IMG/VR virus record: IMGVR_UViG_3300023202_000061
Reading direction: 5' to 3' (one strand)
Source: a virus
Taxonomy: Duplodnaviria; Heunggongvirae; Uroviricota; Caudoviricetes
DNA: 64,000 bases
The position numbers and the translations under genes were made by a program. Of the stretch, positions 55,084 to 63,762 are shown piece after piece. Numbering within the stretch: the first letter of the stretch is position 1; each line of letters begins with the position of its first letter. Below the pieces are notes generated by a model. That model was not told the origin of the DNA, made no database searches, and saw only the letters and a program-made list of their open reading frames with translations.

Positions 55084-55574
55084 TTCTTGGCATTACTGGT
55101 CATCGCCCTAGCTCACCATCAATGGGTGGTTACACCATTCCTAATCCGACATATGAAAAAGTCTACGCAGCTCTTAAAGAGAAGTTTGAGCTGTTAAAGC
55201 CTAACAAAATCATTTCTGGTATGGCCCTTGGCACAGACCAGTGGGCCGTTTCAGTTGCACTAGAACTGGAAATTCCATTTGTGGCTGCCGTGCCTTGTGA
55301 TGGACAAGACAGGATGTGGCCAGATGATTCTAAAGCCAAATACAAGGAGTATCTTGACTTGGCAGAAGAGGTTGTGATAGTGTCGCCCGGACCATACGCG
55401 CCTGAAAAAATGCATTTCAGGGACAAATGGATAGTGGATAATTCAGACTGCCTTCTTGGTGTCTGGAGTGGAATTCGCAAGGGAGGAACCTTTGCAACAA
55501 TACGATATGCAGAGAAGTCCATCAACAGAGGGAGGGATTATGACATCTATTTGATCAATCCAGATCTGTTGTAG
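55080..55574 (+). CDS. SLOG-superfamily YpsA-like (DUF1273-like) protein
   Basis: N-terminal ILGITGHRP motif. Confidence 0.45.
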   Translation: MILGITGHRPSSPSMGGYTIPNPTYEKVYAALKEKFELLKPNKIISGMALGTDQWAVSVALELEIPFVAAVPCDGQDRMWPDDSKAKYKEYLDLAEEVVIVSPGPYAPEKMHFRDKWIVDNSDCLLGVWSGIRKGGTFATIRYAEKSINRGRDYDIYLINPDLL

Positions 55575-55581
55575 AGGTCAT

Positions 55582-55767
55582 ATGAACAATGGTGGTGGTG
55601 CTCATTTTGAGCCAAAAATGAAAGAGCTAAGACTTTGTTCACGAGAAAGTCTGTTGCGTCTAGCAAAATATTTGCATCTAAGAAGAGGTTTGGATCAGAT
55701 GTCAAATGAACAGCTGGCCAAGCTCATCAAATGGAGAACATCTAGACATAGGAGAGAACGTGGCTAA
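55582..55767 (+). CDS. hypothetical small protein
   Basis: 61-aa ORF. Confidence 0.3.
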   Translation: MNNGGGAHFEPKMKELRLCSRESLLRLAKYLHLRRGLDQMSNEQLAKLIKWRTSRHRRERG

Positions 55768-55790
55768 CAAAAAGAAAAAGGGTAACAAGA

Positions 55791-56138
55791 ATGTTATCCT
55801 GGCGATTGTGCAGAAAGAAGATCCGCACAGATATAGAGACAGAGTGGTCAGGCCCGAGAAGGGCATGGGTAGAAAAGACAGACCACGCAACAAGGACTAT
55901 TCTGACTTTTTTGATTGTGCTGCCTAAGAAGTTAGACATCAGAATCAAGGAAGTCATGATAGTAACAAGAGCGACAAGACCTGTAGAACTATGTTCACAA
56001 TGTCTTGGTGTTGGAAGGGTTCCGTGCTGGCACTTTTGTAACCCATCAGAAAAGACATGTGATAACTGTAAAGGTTCTGGATATGTTTCTGAACTCTCTG
56101 CTCAAGAGAGATTATGCTCCCGTAGCTCAGCTGGATAG
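55791..56138 (+). CDS. hypothetical Cys-rich protein (3' end overlaps tRNA-Arg)
   Basis: 115-aa ORF; CSQC...CNPSEKTCDNCKGSG. Confidence 0.35.
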   Translation: MLSWRLCRKKIRTDIETEWSGPRRAWVEKTDHATRTILTFLIVLPKKLDIRIKEVMIVTRATRPVELCSQCLGVGRVPCWHFCNPSEKTCDNCKGSGYVSELSAQERLCSRSSAG

Positions 56139-56189
56139 AGCAGCGCTTTCCTAAAGCGAAGATCATAGGTTCGAATCCTATCGGGAGTG
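56116..56189 (+). tRNA. tRNA-Arg(CCT)
   Basis: acceptor GCTCCCG/CGGGAGT, D-arm GCTCAGCTGGATAGAGC, loop TTCCTAA, T-arm ATAGGTTCGAATCCTAT. Confidence 0.65.
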
Positions 56190-57182
56190 CAAGGCAGTAT
56201 AGTGGTAAAGAAACGTTCAAAGCGTTATAACTTCATTGATGAGTTTGACTTTCATGATGGTTATAATTTGTTAGATCATAATCTCCTTGAGTCTTTCAGT
56301 CATGATATGGAAAGATTTAATCGTGATATGGCAGATTATAGTCGAAAAGTTGTGTTCGGTCCCATTCCTAATCTACCTCCTATACCACCAAAACCTCCTG
56401 TCCCTCATTTTTCTCCAGCAAATCCAAATGCTAAAATTGTAAAGAAAGAAGAAAGAATGTCCCATAACCTTTGGATCTGTACTCCGAAAGATACAGAGAT
56501 CATTGATCATATCTGTGCAAAAATCGTTGGAATGGGAGTGAAGATCTCGGCCCTGGCACAAAACGGAAACATATACCAGGATAAGCAAAGCTCTCCGACA
56601 ACCATAATTGCTATTAAAATTCATAACTTCAATAGCAAGCTCGGCATTGGTGATGTTCTTTCAAGGATCAAAAACAAGATCAAAGACCATCCATACTATG
56701 GAATCGTCTTAGTAAATACCAGAACCAACAAATGTATCTGGGGAGCTGGTAATGTTGAAGACTGGGATATGCACGCCCCTGATGACAGATGGGAAGTCGG
56801 ATTGGATATTCCTCCTGCAAAGGCTGAGGTGGAGAAATCTGAGCCCGAGCCACAAAAAAATGAACCAAAGAAAGATCCGGTAGGAGACATTGACATGTCC
56901 CTTCTTTTGCGCGTGCTCAAAGCAAGCACCGCCATCTCAGATGTATTTTTTGATAATGTATCTCAGAATGAACGAAGAAAGCTTTACGAAAAAGTCGAGA
57001 CTCTCGCTACTGGGCCGAACCATTCTCTAGGAAATATTGTCCCAAAAGTACAAACGCCTGAATCAGGCGCTGCCGTGAAAAACAAGTACAAGGTACTTGA
57101 AGAGGAAAAGAAAAAGGTGATTGAAGTGCCTTTACAAACTCCTCATACATCGATGTTCGGGACTTTTAGACGAACAGAATGA
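56187..57182 (+). CDS. hypothetical Pro-rich protein (start uncertain, GTG overlaps the tRNA)
   Basis: 331-aa ORF. Confidence 0.45.
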   Translation: MQGSIVVKKRSKRYNFIDEFDFHDGYNLLDHNLLESFSHDMERFNRDMADYSRKVVFGPIPNLPPIPPKPPVPHFSPANPNAKIVKKEERMSHNLWICTPKDTEIIDHICAKIVGMGVKISALAQNGNIYQDKQSSPTTIIAIKIHNFNSKLGIGDVLSRIKNKIKDHPYYGIVLVNTRTNKCIWGAGNVEDWDMHAPDDRWEVGLDIPPAKAEVEKSEPEPQKNEPKKDPVGDIDMSLLLRVLKASTAISDVFFDNVSQNERRKLYEKVETLATGPNHSLGNIVPKVQTPESGAAVKNKYKVLEEEKKKVIEVPLQTPHTSMFGTFRRTE

Positions 57183-57676
57183 AAAAGCTAGATAGAAACC
57201 TTGTTGACGCATTAGCAAAGGCAAGGTTTCATTCCAAGAGATCAGCAGGAATATCAGATACAAGATATGACGGATCTAAATGTTCCGTTGATAATGATTT
57301 GAATGCAACTGGTGCCGAATATTTTGCGGCCCAGGAGTACGGACAACCTTTCAATGCAACTATTGGAAAGAGAGGTGATGGAGGTGCAGATTTCCATTTA
57401 CCTTTGTCGGTAGAGGTGGTATGGTTGGGCGTTCAAAAAGACGGGAAACCGAGGGATACAGGACACCTAATAGTTAATCCTGATGAGCCACAAAGATGGG
57501 CTGACATATACATTGTAATCAAAGGCTCTGTAGACGAAGGCTTCGAAGAGGTCGGATGGGTGTCTCATAAGATGCTCACATCATTGCCGAAGAAAGACTT
57601 TGGTTATGGAAAGAAGTTTGCCTGTCATATTTCTGATTTGAAAAAACCACATCTGTTGAAGAACTTGATGAAATGA
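57179..57676 (+). CDS. hypothetical protein
   Basis: 165-aa ORF. Confidence 0.5.
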   Translation: MKKLDRNLVDALAKARFHSKRSAGISDTRYDGSKCSVDNDLNATGAEYFAAQEYGQPFNATIGKRGDGGADFHLPLSVEVVWLGVQKDGKPRDTGHLIVNPDEPQRWADIYIVIKGSVDEGFEEVGWVSHKMLTSLPKKDFGYGKKFACHISDLKKPHLLKNLMK

Positions 57677-58275
57677 ATGAATTTTTCGCCTGGCACAATT
57701 TGATTTTCTATATCTCATTGTTAATCGGCATCTTGCTGATCTTTGTATCAACAATGGGTGTTGGTGATGCTGACGCAGATGTCGATCATGACATAGGTGT
57801 TAATACTGATACGGATTTGTTCATCAGAGTTCTCTCTGTTCTTGGTGTTGGTAAGTGCCCTCTTAGTATCATCATGTTCTCGTTTTTTCTCATCTTTGGA
57901 GGTGCTGGGATCATGTTGAACGTGATCATTCCTCCTGCTATTGCTCTGGTGTCTGTTGCTGGAGCTGGATTTGCAGCACTTACTCTTATCAAAATCGTTG
58001 CCACTACGGTAGCTAAACTGATGCCCAATACAGAATCTTACAATGTCGATAAAGAAAGTTTGAAAGGTTCTTATGCAGAGGTTACCATGAAGGTAAGTTC
58101 TGACTTTGGTATCTGCCATGTCAAAGATAAGTATGGCAGCTTACACAAGATCAACGCCCGTTCTTATCAGAAGGATGGCGAAGAAGAAAAGACATTCCCC
58201 GTTGGAATGGAAGTTCTCATCATTGACCGCAAAGATGACGTATACTACGTCGAAGACCCACAGGAGATGAAGTAA
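57673..58275 (+). CDS. NfeD-like membrane protein (partner of SPFH proteins)
   Basis: N-terminal TM helices plus C-terminal beta-rich soluble domain, immediately upstream of the flotillin-like gene. Confidence 0.55.
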   Translation: MNEFFAWHNLIFYISLLIGILLIFVSTMGVGDADADVDHDIGVNTDTDLFIRVLSVLGVGKCPLSIIMFSFFLIFGGAGIMLNVIIPPAIALVSVAGAGFAALTLIKIVATTVAKLMPNTESYNVDKESLKGSYAEVTMKVSSDFGICHVKDKYGSLHKINARSYQKDGEEEKTFPVGMEVLIIDRKDDVYYVEDPQEMK

Positions 58276-60063
58276 ATGGTAGTGTTATTGTTTCTGGCTG
58301 CAATCGTGTTGATTGGAGCCCCTATCGCAATGAACGCGATTGGTATGGAGATCTCTTCGGTCTCTCAGATCCTCATGACTGGTGCGGGAATTTTCCTGCT
58401 ATTGGTTGGCTCAATCATTGTTGTTGTTACGAAACTCTATCAGCGTGCCCGTGCTAACGAAGCTTTCGTTCGTACCGGTATGGGTGGTGTGCGTATCATC
58501 CGTGATGGCGGTGCTCTGGTTATTCCAGTCATCCATGAGTTTCTCAAGATTTCTCTTCAAACATTGAAGCTTGAGGTTGTTCGTGAGCATTCTGAAGCTC
58601 TCATTACACAAGATAATCTTCGTGCAGATATCGGAGCTGAATTCTTCGTTCGTGTTGAGCCTAATGATGAATCAATTCTTCAGGCAGCACGATCTCTTGG
58701 TGACAAGATGATGGATGTTGTTCAGGTTCGAACAGCAGTTGAAGACAAGCTCATCTCAGCACTTCGTGCAGTTGCAGCTACAAAGACTCTGACTCAGCTT
58801 CACACTGATCGTGAAGGGTTTGTGGAAGAAGTTACCAAAGCTGTAAACAACGATCTCAAAGAGAATGGTCTTACTCTTGAATCTGTTACGATTTCAAAGC
58901 TTGACCAGACAAGTGTTTCATCCTTGAAGGATGACAACGTCTTCGACGCTCAGGGTAAGCGAACCATCGCAGAAATCACTCAGAAGAATATGACTGAGAC
59001 GAACCGCCTTCAGCGTGCTGGTGAGCAAGCTCGTAAGGAGCAAGATGTTGAAACTGAAAAGGCTGTTCTTACTCTTGATCAAGAGAAAAAGAATGCCGAA
59101 GCACGCCAGCGAGCGGAGATTGCTAAGGTAGAGGCTGAGCAGCAGAGAGAGGCTACTGAGAAGTCCATCGAGGCACAGAAGGCAATCGAACTTGCAGAGG
59201 TTGAGAAACAACAGCGAGTTGCAGTTGCTGGCATCGAAAAGGATAAGGCAGCAAACATTGCTAACGAAGCTAAGCTTACAGCAATTGCTCTTGCATCTTC
59301 CGAGAAGGCAACTCAAGAAGCTGAGCTTGCTAAGGCTCAGGCGATGCGAGAGTCTGAGATGCAGAAGATCAAGACTGTCGAGATCGAAGCTGCAGCAAAT
59401 CGTGATAAGGCTAAGTCTGTGATTGAAGCTCAGGCACAGGCAGAGCAAAACTATGTTGTTGCTCAGCGCCAGGCTGACGCTCAGGCTTATCAGGTACAAA
59501 AGGATGCTGAGGCTCGTAAGGCAGCAGCTGATGCAGATGCAGAGGCAACAACCAAGAAAGCAGCTGCAGAAGCTTCTGCTCTCAAGGCTAGGGCAGATGG
59601 CGATCAGGCGGTCCAAATGGTTCCTGTTCAGGTTGAACGTGAACGAGTCAAGATTGACCAAGATCGCATTGAGCATGTTGTGAAGCCTGAACTTGAGGCT
59701 CGTGAGAAGTCAGGTAAGGTTGCTCAGGATTTCGAAATTGCGAAGCTCAAAGTTGAGGCCGAGATGCAGGTCCAAATCGAAACTGCCCGAGCAATGGCAT
59801 CTATTGGTTCCAAGGTTCAGATGAACCTCTATGGTACTCCCGAAAATGCTGCAGATATGCTCAATGGCATTGTGAAGGGTCAGAACTGGGCAGAGTCTAT
59901 CAATGCCTTCAAGAACACTATTGATCCTTCTATCATTGAAGCTGCTAGAGATGCGGCTGAAGGAGCCGCATCAATGTTGGGAGGGTCACCTCGCAAGATT
60001 GATGACGAAGGCTCTGAGAGGCCCTCAGAGGGCTCTGACAAGAAGAGTGAAGATAAGAAGTAA
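58276..60063 (+). CDS. SPFH/Band-7 flotillin-like protein (YqiK/FloA-like)
   Basis: N-terminal TM, SPFH core (ANEAFVRTGMGG...), very long EA-rich coiled coil, acidic tail. Confidence 0.7.
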   Translation: MVVLLFLAAIVLIGAPIAMNAIGMEISSVSQILMTGAGIFLLLVGSIIVVVTKLYQRARANEAFVRTGMGGVRIIRDGGALVIPVIHEFLKISLQTLKLEVVREHSEALITQDNLRADIGAEFFVRVEPNDESILQAARSLGDKMMDVVQVRTAVEDKLISALRAVAATKTLTQLHTDREGFVEEVTKAVNNDLKENGLTLESVTISKLDQTSVSSLKDDNVFDAQGKRTIAEITQKNMTETNRLQRAGEQARKEQDVETEKAVLTLDQEKKNAEARQRAEIAKVEAEQQREATEKSIEAQKAIELAEVEKQQRVAVAGIEKDKAANIANEAKLTAIALASSEKATQEAELAKAQAMRESEMQKIKTVEIEAAANRDKAKSVIEAQAQAEQNYVVAQRQADAQAYQVQKDAEARKAAADADAEATTKKAAAEASALKARADGDQAVQMVPVQVERERVKIDQDRIEHVVKPELEAREKSGKVAQDFEIAKLKVEAEMQVQIETARAMASIGSKVQMNLYGTPENAADMLNGIVKGQNWAESINAFKNTIDPSIIEAARDAAEGAASMLGGSPRKIDDEGSERPSEGSDKKSEDKK

Positions 60064-60085
60064 TTATTGTTGAACTTGTAGAGTG

Positions 60086-60118
60086 AAAGCCCAGTCTTCG
60101 GACTGGGCTTTCTTTTTA
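60086..60118 (+). terminator. rho-independent terminator AAAGCCCAGTC-TTCG-GACTGGGCTTT then CTTTTT
   Basis: 11-bp stem plus T-run directly after the flotillin gene. Confidence 0.65.
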
Positions 60119-60139
60119 CGCATACTGCAATATCATGAC

Positions 60140-60406
60140 ATGAAAGGTAAGATTGATTTTATTGTGTGTGAAAAGGACGGAGCCTGGTACACAGAATCCA
60201 TCCAAATTCCTCCAGAAATAGCTACCCAACCAGACCAAGTTCTGGTAGATTGGGCGAAGCGCGAACGGTTCAATGATGAGCCGGATATAGTATTCATTGG
60301 CGTGTATTGGAGAGATCAAGTTCTAGATGAACTAGGTCTCACCACAGAGGCAGCTGTCGCGGCTGCGTACTCCAAGATCAATAAGGTAGCCAATGCGGGA
60401 AATTGA
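60140..60406 (+). CDS. hypothetical protein (ATG at 60140, downstream of terminator)
   Basis: the track ORF 60083.. begins inside the terminator hairpin. Confidence 0.4.
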   Translation: MKGKIDFIVCEKDGAWYTESIQIPPEIATQPDQVLVDWAKRERFNDEPDIVFIGVYWRDQVLDELGLTTEAAVAAAYSKINKVANAGN

Positions 60407-60680
60407 TACTGAATTTGAACTCTTCAAGTCTTTGGTAACAGGTTTGGATAGATCTTTGTTTCCAACAAAGATCAAGAATGAAGCCTCAGATGTTGAGGTC
60501 GCAGACAAGTTGTTGAACAATCCGGATATCGGAAAGTTCTTGACAGCAGAGTTTGTTGATGCAATGAAAGAAAAGCTAAATAGAAAAGCTCAAGGCCTCA
60601 TAAAACAGGCAGAGATTGAAAGTCAAGGACTCAACAAGTTCGCAACAGCAGAGTTCGAACCTGAAGAAGAAAACTCTTGA
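60393..60680 (+). CDS. hypothetical acidic protein
   Basis: 95-aa ORF. Confidence 0.45.
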   Translation: MREIDTEFELFKSLVTGLDRSLFPTKIKNEASDVEVADKLLNNPDIGKFLTAEFVDAMKEKLNRKAQGLIKQAEIESQGLNKFATAEFEPEEENS

Positions 60681-60716
60681 CTTCAAGTACAGGTCTGATA
60701 CAAGTCATGGTCGATT

Positions 60717-60789
60717 GCCGCTTTAGCTCAATTGGTAGAGCACCGGTTTTGTAAACCGAAGGTTGTGGGTTCAAGTCCCTCATGCGGCT
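60717..60789 (+). tRNA. tRNA-Thr(TGT), second copy
   Basis: acceptor GCCGCTT/ATGCGGC (one mismatch), D-arm GCTCAATTGGTAGAGC, loop TTTGTAA. Confidence 0.6.
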
Positions 60790-60877
60790 CCCTTTCCACT
60801 GTGAAAGGTGGTGGAGGGCAAAGGTGAAAAGCCTAGCCCCTAGTAGTTCCAAGTCTGCTCTATCAAAACTTGGATAC

Positions 60878-61255
60878 GGGGATGAAATGGATTCGACATG
60901 GAGAAAGAAACAAACTTGATCATGTAGGCAGAGTTAGAGCTGGCTTAATCAATTCTAGCAACGTTAATTGCAAACGATAACGCATTCGCTCCTGCCGCTC
61001 TCGCAGCGTAAGGCGCTGTCTCTTGAAGAGGGTGTTTGAGTATTCAAGAGGCATTAACCACACAAACTGGACTACTGGACTTCGGTCACAGATCGCCTCG
61101 AAAAGGTAGTTGAGATAATTAGAGGGTGACATTCCAAGAATAGATTGGATGACGGTTACCAAAGGTAACAACCTGCTGGTAGGTATCCAGATAAACATGT
61201 GAGCGAGAGTTTGATAGACATCTTCGTGGACCCGGCTTCGATGCCGGCATCTCCA
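60878..61255 (+). ncRNA. ssrA: tmRNA (ssrA), tag peptide ANDNAFAPAALAA
   Basis: 5' GGGGATGAAATGGATTCGACATGG matches the tmRNA consensus GGGGNUGAUUCUGGAUUCGAC; internal GCAAACGATAACGCATTCGCTCCTGCCGCTCTCGCAGCGTAA; 3' T-arm CCGGCTTCGATGCCGG and acceptor CATCTCC-A pairing with the 5' GGGGATG. Confidence 0.75.
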
Positions 61256-61293
61256 CAAAAACTCTCAACATCTCCATACCTGTTGATATATCA

Positions 61294-61899
61294 GTGGGTA
61301 TGGTTATGTTGAGATGTACTAATTGCGCCTCCCCTTTTGAAAAGAACAACTCAGAATATAAAAGGCAAATTAAGAAAGGTAGAGAAAACTTTTTCTGTTC
61401 AAGATCGTGTTCTATGAAGTTCACAAATACACGAAGAGAAAAAGAAGCAATTCTAAATGGTAAAGACCCATACGAACAGGCTAAAAAAAATATTGTTGAT
61501 TGGATGGGTAACAAAAAAGGACAACGAAAGAAAGACTCCTTAACACCGTTTAGATGGTTTGTACTCAGAGCAAAATTCAGAAGTAAACAATGCAAGAGAA
61601 AAAATTGTGGTGTAACTCCTGAGTTTTTGAAGCAATTATTTGATAGTCAAAATGGTATTTGCCCAATTACGGGATGGAATCTTGTATTACCAGATAGTAC
61701 TAGTAAGGGTTGGTCAAATGGACCCTCTCCACAAAACGCGAGTCTTGACAGGATTGATCCATCTATGGGATACATAGAAACTAACGTTAGATTTGTAAGC
61801 CTGATGGCCAATCATGCTAGAAATTCATTTGATGACAATACACTAATTGATTTTTGTGAATCAGTTGTGAAAAACAAGAAAGAAAGACATACAATATGA
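61294..61899 (+). CDS. HNH homing endonuclease (HNH_3-type)
   Basis: C-terminal SLDRIDPSMGYIETNVRFV...N..K; directly downstream of ssrA. Confidence 0.7.
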   Translation: MGMVMLRCTNCASPFEKNNSEYKRQIKKGRENFFCSRSCSMKFTNTRREKEAILNGKDPYEQAKKNIVDWMGNKKGQRKKDSLTPFRWFVLRAKFRSKQCKRKNCGVTPEFLKQLFDSQNGICPITGWNLVLPDSTSKGWSNGPSPQNASLDRIDPSMGYIETNVRFVSLMANHARNSFDDNTLIDFCESVVKNKKERHTI

Positions 61900-63557
61900 A
61901 TTGGGGATTTGCTAAGCCAGCAACTAAACCAGAACCTACATCAAGAAATGAGAGCGATGGAACTCTCATTGATATGCTCAAGAGTGCTCGCGGCAGAATC
62001 GCAGAGCTTGAAGGGTTCTTCACGAAGATGGAGAACTCATCCCTCTCTATCCATGGATATGTTATCAAAGTTGATGGAGACAAGGTTCTTGTTGGATCCT
62101 CTCAAGGTGTCTTTGAGGGTGTAAGAAACCCAATGGCAAAGGACAAGAAAGAGCTGAACTTAGAGTTGGGTCAAGCTGTCCGAGCCAATCGTGAAAATGG
62201 AATTGTCATCTCAAACTCTTTAGAGATTGATGCTGGTAAGGTTTACATTGTCCAATCATGTGACATGGAACAAGGATGGGTTGAGATTGATGCTGAGGGA
62301 TCTCCTCATCGCCTCAGTACATGCAGCCTTGAAAAGGTTGAAGATGGAGACAGGATTCTTGTTGATCCATCTCTCACCATTGCTCTGAGGAACTACGGCA
62401 AAGACCGTAAGCGCTTTGCATTCAAAGGTGAGACCGGTGTTTCCTGGGATGACATTGGTGGTCTTCATATTGCAAAGGAAGCTCTTCGTGAAGCAATTGA
62501 GCTTCCCGCAAAGCACGCTCAGATCTTCAAAGCATATGGGAAGAAGATCTCTAAAGGTGTTATGATGTATGGTCCCACTGGTTGTGGTAAGACCATGCTT
62601 GCAAAAGCAGCTGCAACTTCATTGGCTGACACTTTCGGTGCAGAAGCCAAAGAGACAGGGTTCATCTACGTCAAGGGACCAGAGCTTCTTGACAAATGGG
62701 TGGGCAACACCGAGGCAATGATTCGTGGTCTGTTCGCACAGGCACGAGATCACCACAAGAAGAATGGATACCCAGCTATCCTTTTCATTGATGAGGCTGA
62801 TGCTCTTCTTGGTAAGAGAGGTGGCGCAAAGGGTGAGCGTGCGACCTCTCTATCAAGCACCATTGTGCCTCAATTCCTGAGTGAAATGGATGGCCTTGAA
62901 GAGTCCGGTGCGTTTGTTCTTCTTGCAACGAATCGCCCTGACATCTTGGATCCTGCGGTGGTTCGTGATGGGCGTATTGATCGTAAGGTTCATGTAACAC
63001 GTCCTGATCAATCATCTGTCCGAGACATCCTCAAGATCAATCTCAAGAACAAGCCAATCTGTGGTGAGCTTGATCAATTGGTAGAGTATGCTGCCTCTGA
63101 GATTTGTAGCACTGAGCATAAGCTGTATGATGTCCAGTACACAAAGAGTGGTAAGACAGAAGTTGCTGAGATGTTCTACCGAGACTTGGTCAATGGTGCT
63201 ATGATTGCCGGTATTATTGAGCAGGCAACTGGTGAGGCAATGAATCGAGACATTGCAAGTGGTAATCCCCATCCAACTGGCATCAAAGAAGAAGACCTTC
63301 GTGAAGCTATCATGAAGTCACTTCGTGAGAACTCAGATACCAACCATGATATTGCTTTGGAAGAGTTTGAGATCTCTATTGATGGTAAGATCAAGGGTAT
63401 TAGGAAAGCTACCGAAGATGTAAAGGAAGCAGTTCCAGATCTTCCTCCCAAAATCGAAACACAACAGAAGACATCAGATATTAAGGAGATACAGGATGAG
63501 CAATTGGTGGGGGCTTCTCAAGAAGCCGCAGAAGCAGTCCAAGCCTGGGGTGGTTGA
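61896..63557 (+). CDS. AAA+ ATPase (classic AAA, CDC48/proteasomal-ATPase-like), third paralog
   Basis: Walker A GPTGCGKT, Walker B ILFIDEAD, second region of homology ATNRPDILDPAVVRDGRIDRK. Confidence 0.75.
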   Translation: MNWGFAKPATKPEPTSRNESDGTLIDMLKSARGRIAELEGFFTKMENSSLSIHGYVIKVDGDKVLVGSSQGVFEGVRNPMAKDKKELNLELGQAVRANRENGIVISNSLEIDAGKVYIVQSCDMEQGWVEIDAEGSPHRLSTCSLEKVEDGDRILVDPSLTIALRNYGKDRKRFAFKGETGVSWDDIGGLHIAKEALREAIELPAKHAQIFKAYGKKISKGVMMYGPTGCGKTMLAKAAATSLADTFGAEAKETGFIYVKGPELLDKWVGNTEAMIRGLFAQARDHHKKNGYPAILFIDEADALLGKRGGAKGERATSLSSTIVPQFLSEMDGLEESGAFVLLATNRPDILDPAVVRDGRIDRKVHVTRPDQSSVRDILKINLKNKPICGELDQLVEYAASEICSTEHKLYDVQYTKSGKTEVAEMFYRDLVNGAMIAGIIEQATGEAMNRDIASGNPHPTGIKEEDLREAIMKSLRENSDTNHDIALEEFEISIDGKIKGIRKATEDVKEAVPDLPPKIETQQKTSDIKEIQDEQLVGASQEAAEAVQAWGG

Positions 63558-63762
63558 TGGAAAAGTTAAACTTCCAAAACTTGCCGGAACAGGTGACATT
63601 GACAGTGTCATTGATGAACATGAAGCTGCTGCAGCTGCGGCAGAAGCAGAGGCAGAAGCAGAACGACAAGCCTATCGAGAGGCTATGGAAGACGAACGGG
63701 CAGCAGAGCGAGCCCAACGTCATGAAGAAGAGCGGTACATCGGTGACTACTGTGGTTGTTAA
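63496..63762 (+). CDS. hypothetical EA-rich small protein
   Basis: 88-aa ORF overlapping the 3' end of the upstream gene. Confidence 0.35.
   Translation: MSNWWGLLKKPQKQSKPGVVDGKVKLPKLAGTGDIDSVIDEHEAAAAAAEAEAEAERQAYREAMEDERAAERAQRHEEERYIGDYCGC

Noticed and set aside
58918-59676. 252-aa minus-strand ORF rich in L/S/C
   Set aside because: It is antisense to the EA-rich coiled-coil region of the flotillin-like gene, a low-complexity mirror ORF.
60800-61290. About 490 bp with no protein-coding potential between tRNA-Thr and an HNH gene, first considered a group I intron or a degraded gene
   Set aside because: The 5' end matches the tmRNA consensus and the segment contains an ...ALAA* tag frame plus a 3' tRNA-like domain. 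tmRNA explains it better.
60920-61595. Minus-strand ORFs 60920-61258 and 61119-61595
   Set aside because: They overlap the tmRNA gene and the start of the HNH gene on the opposite strand, and have no supporting features.
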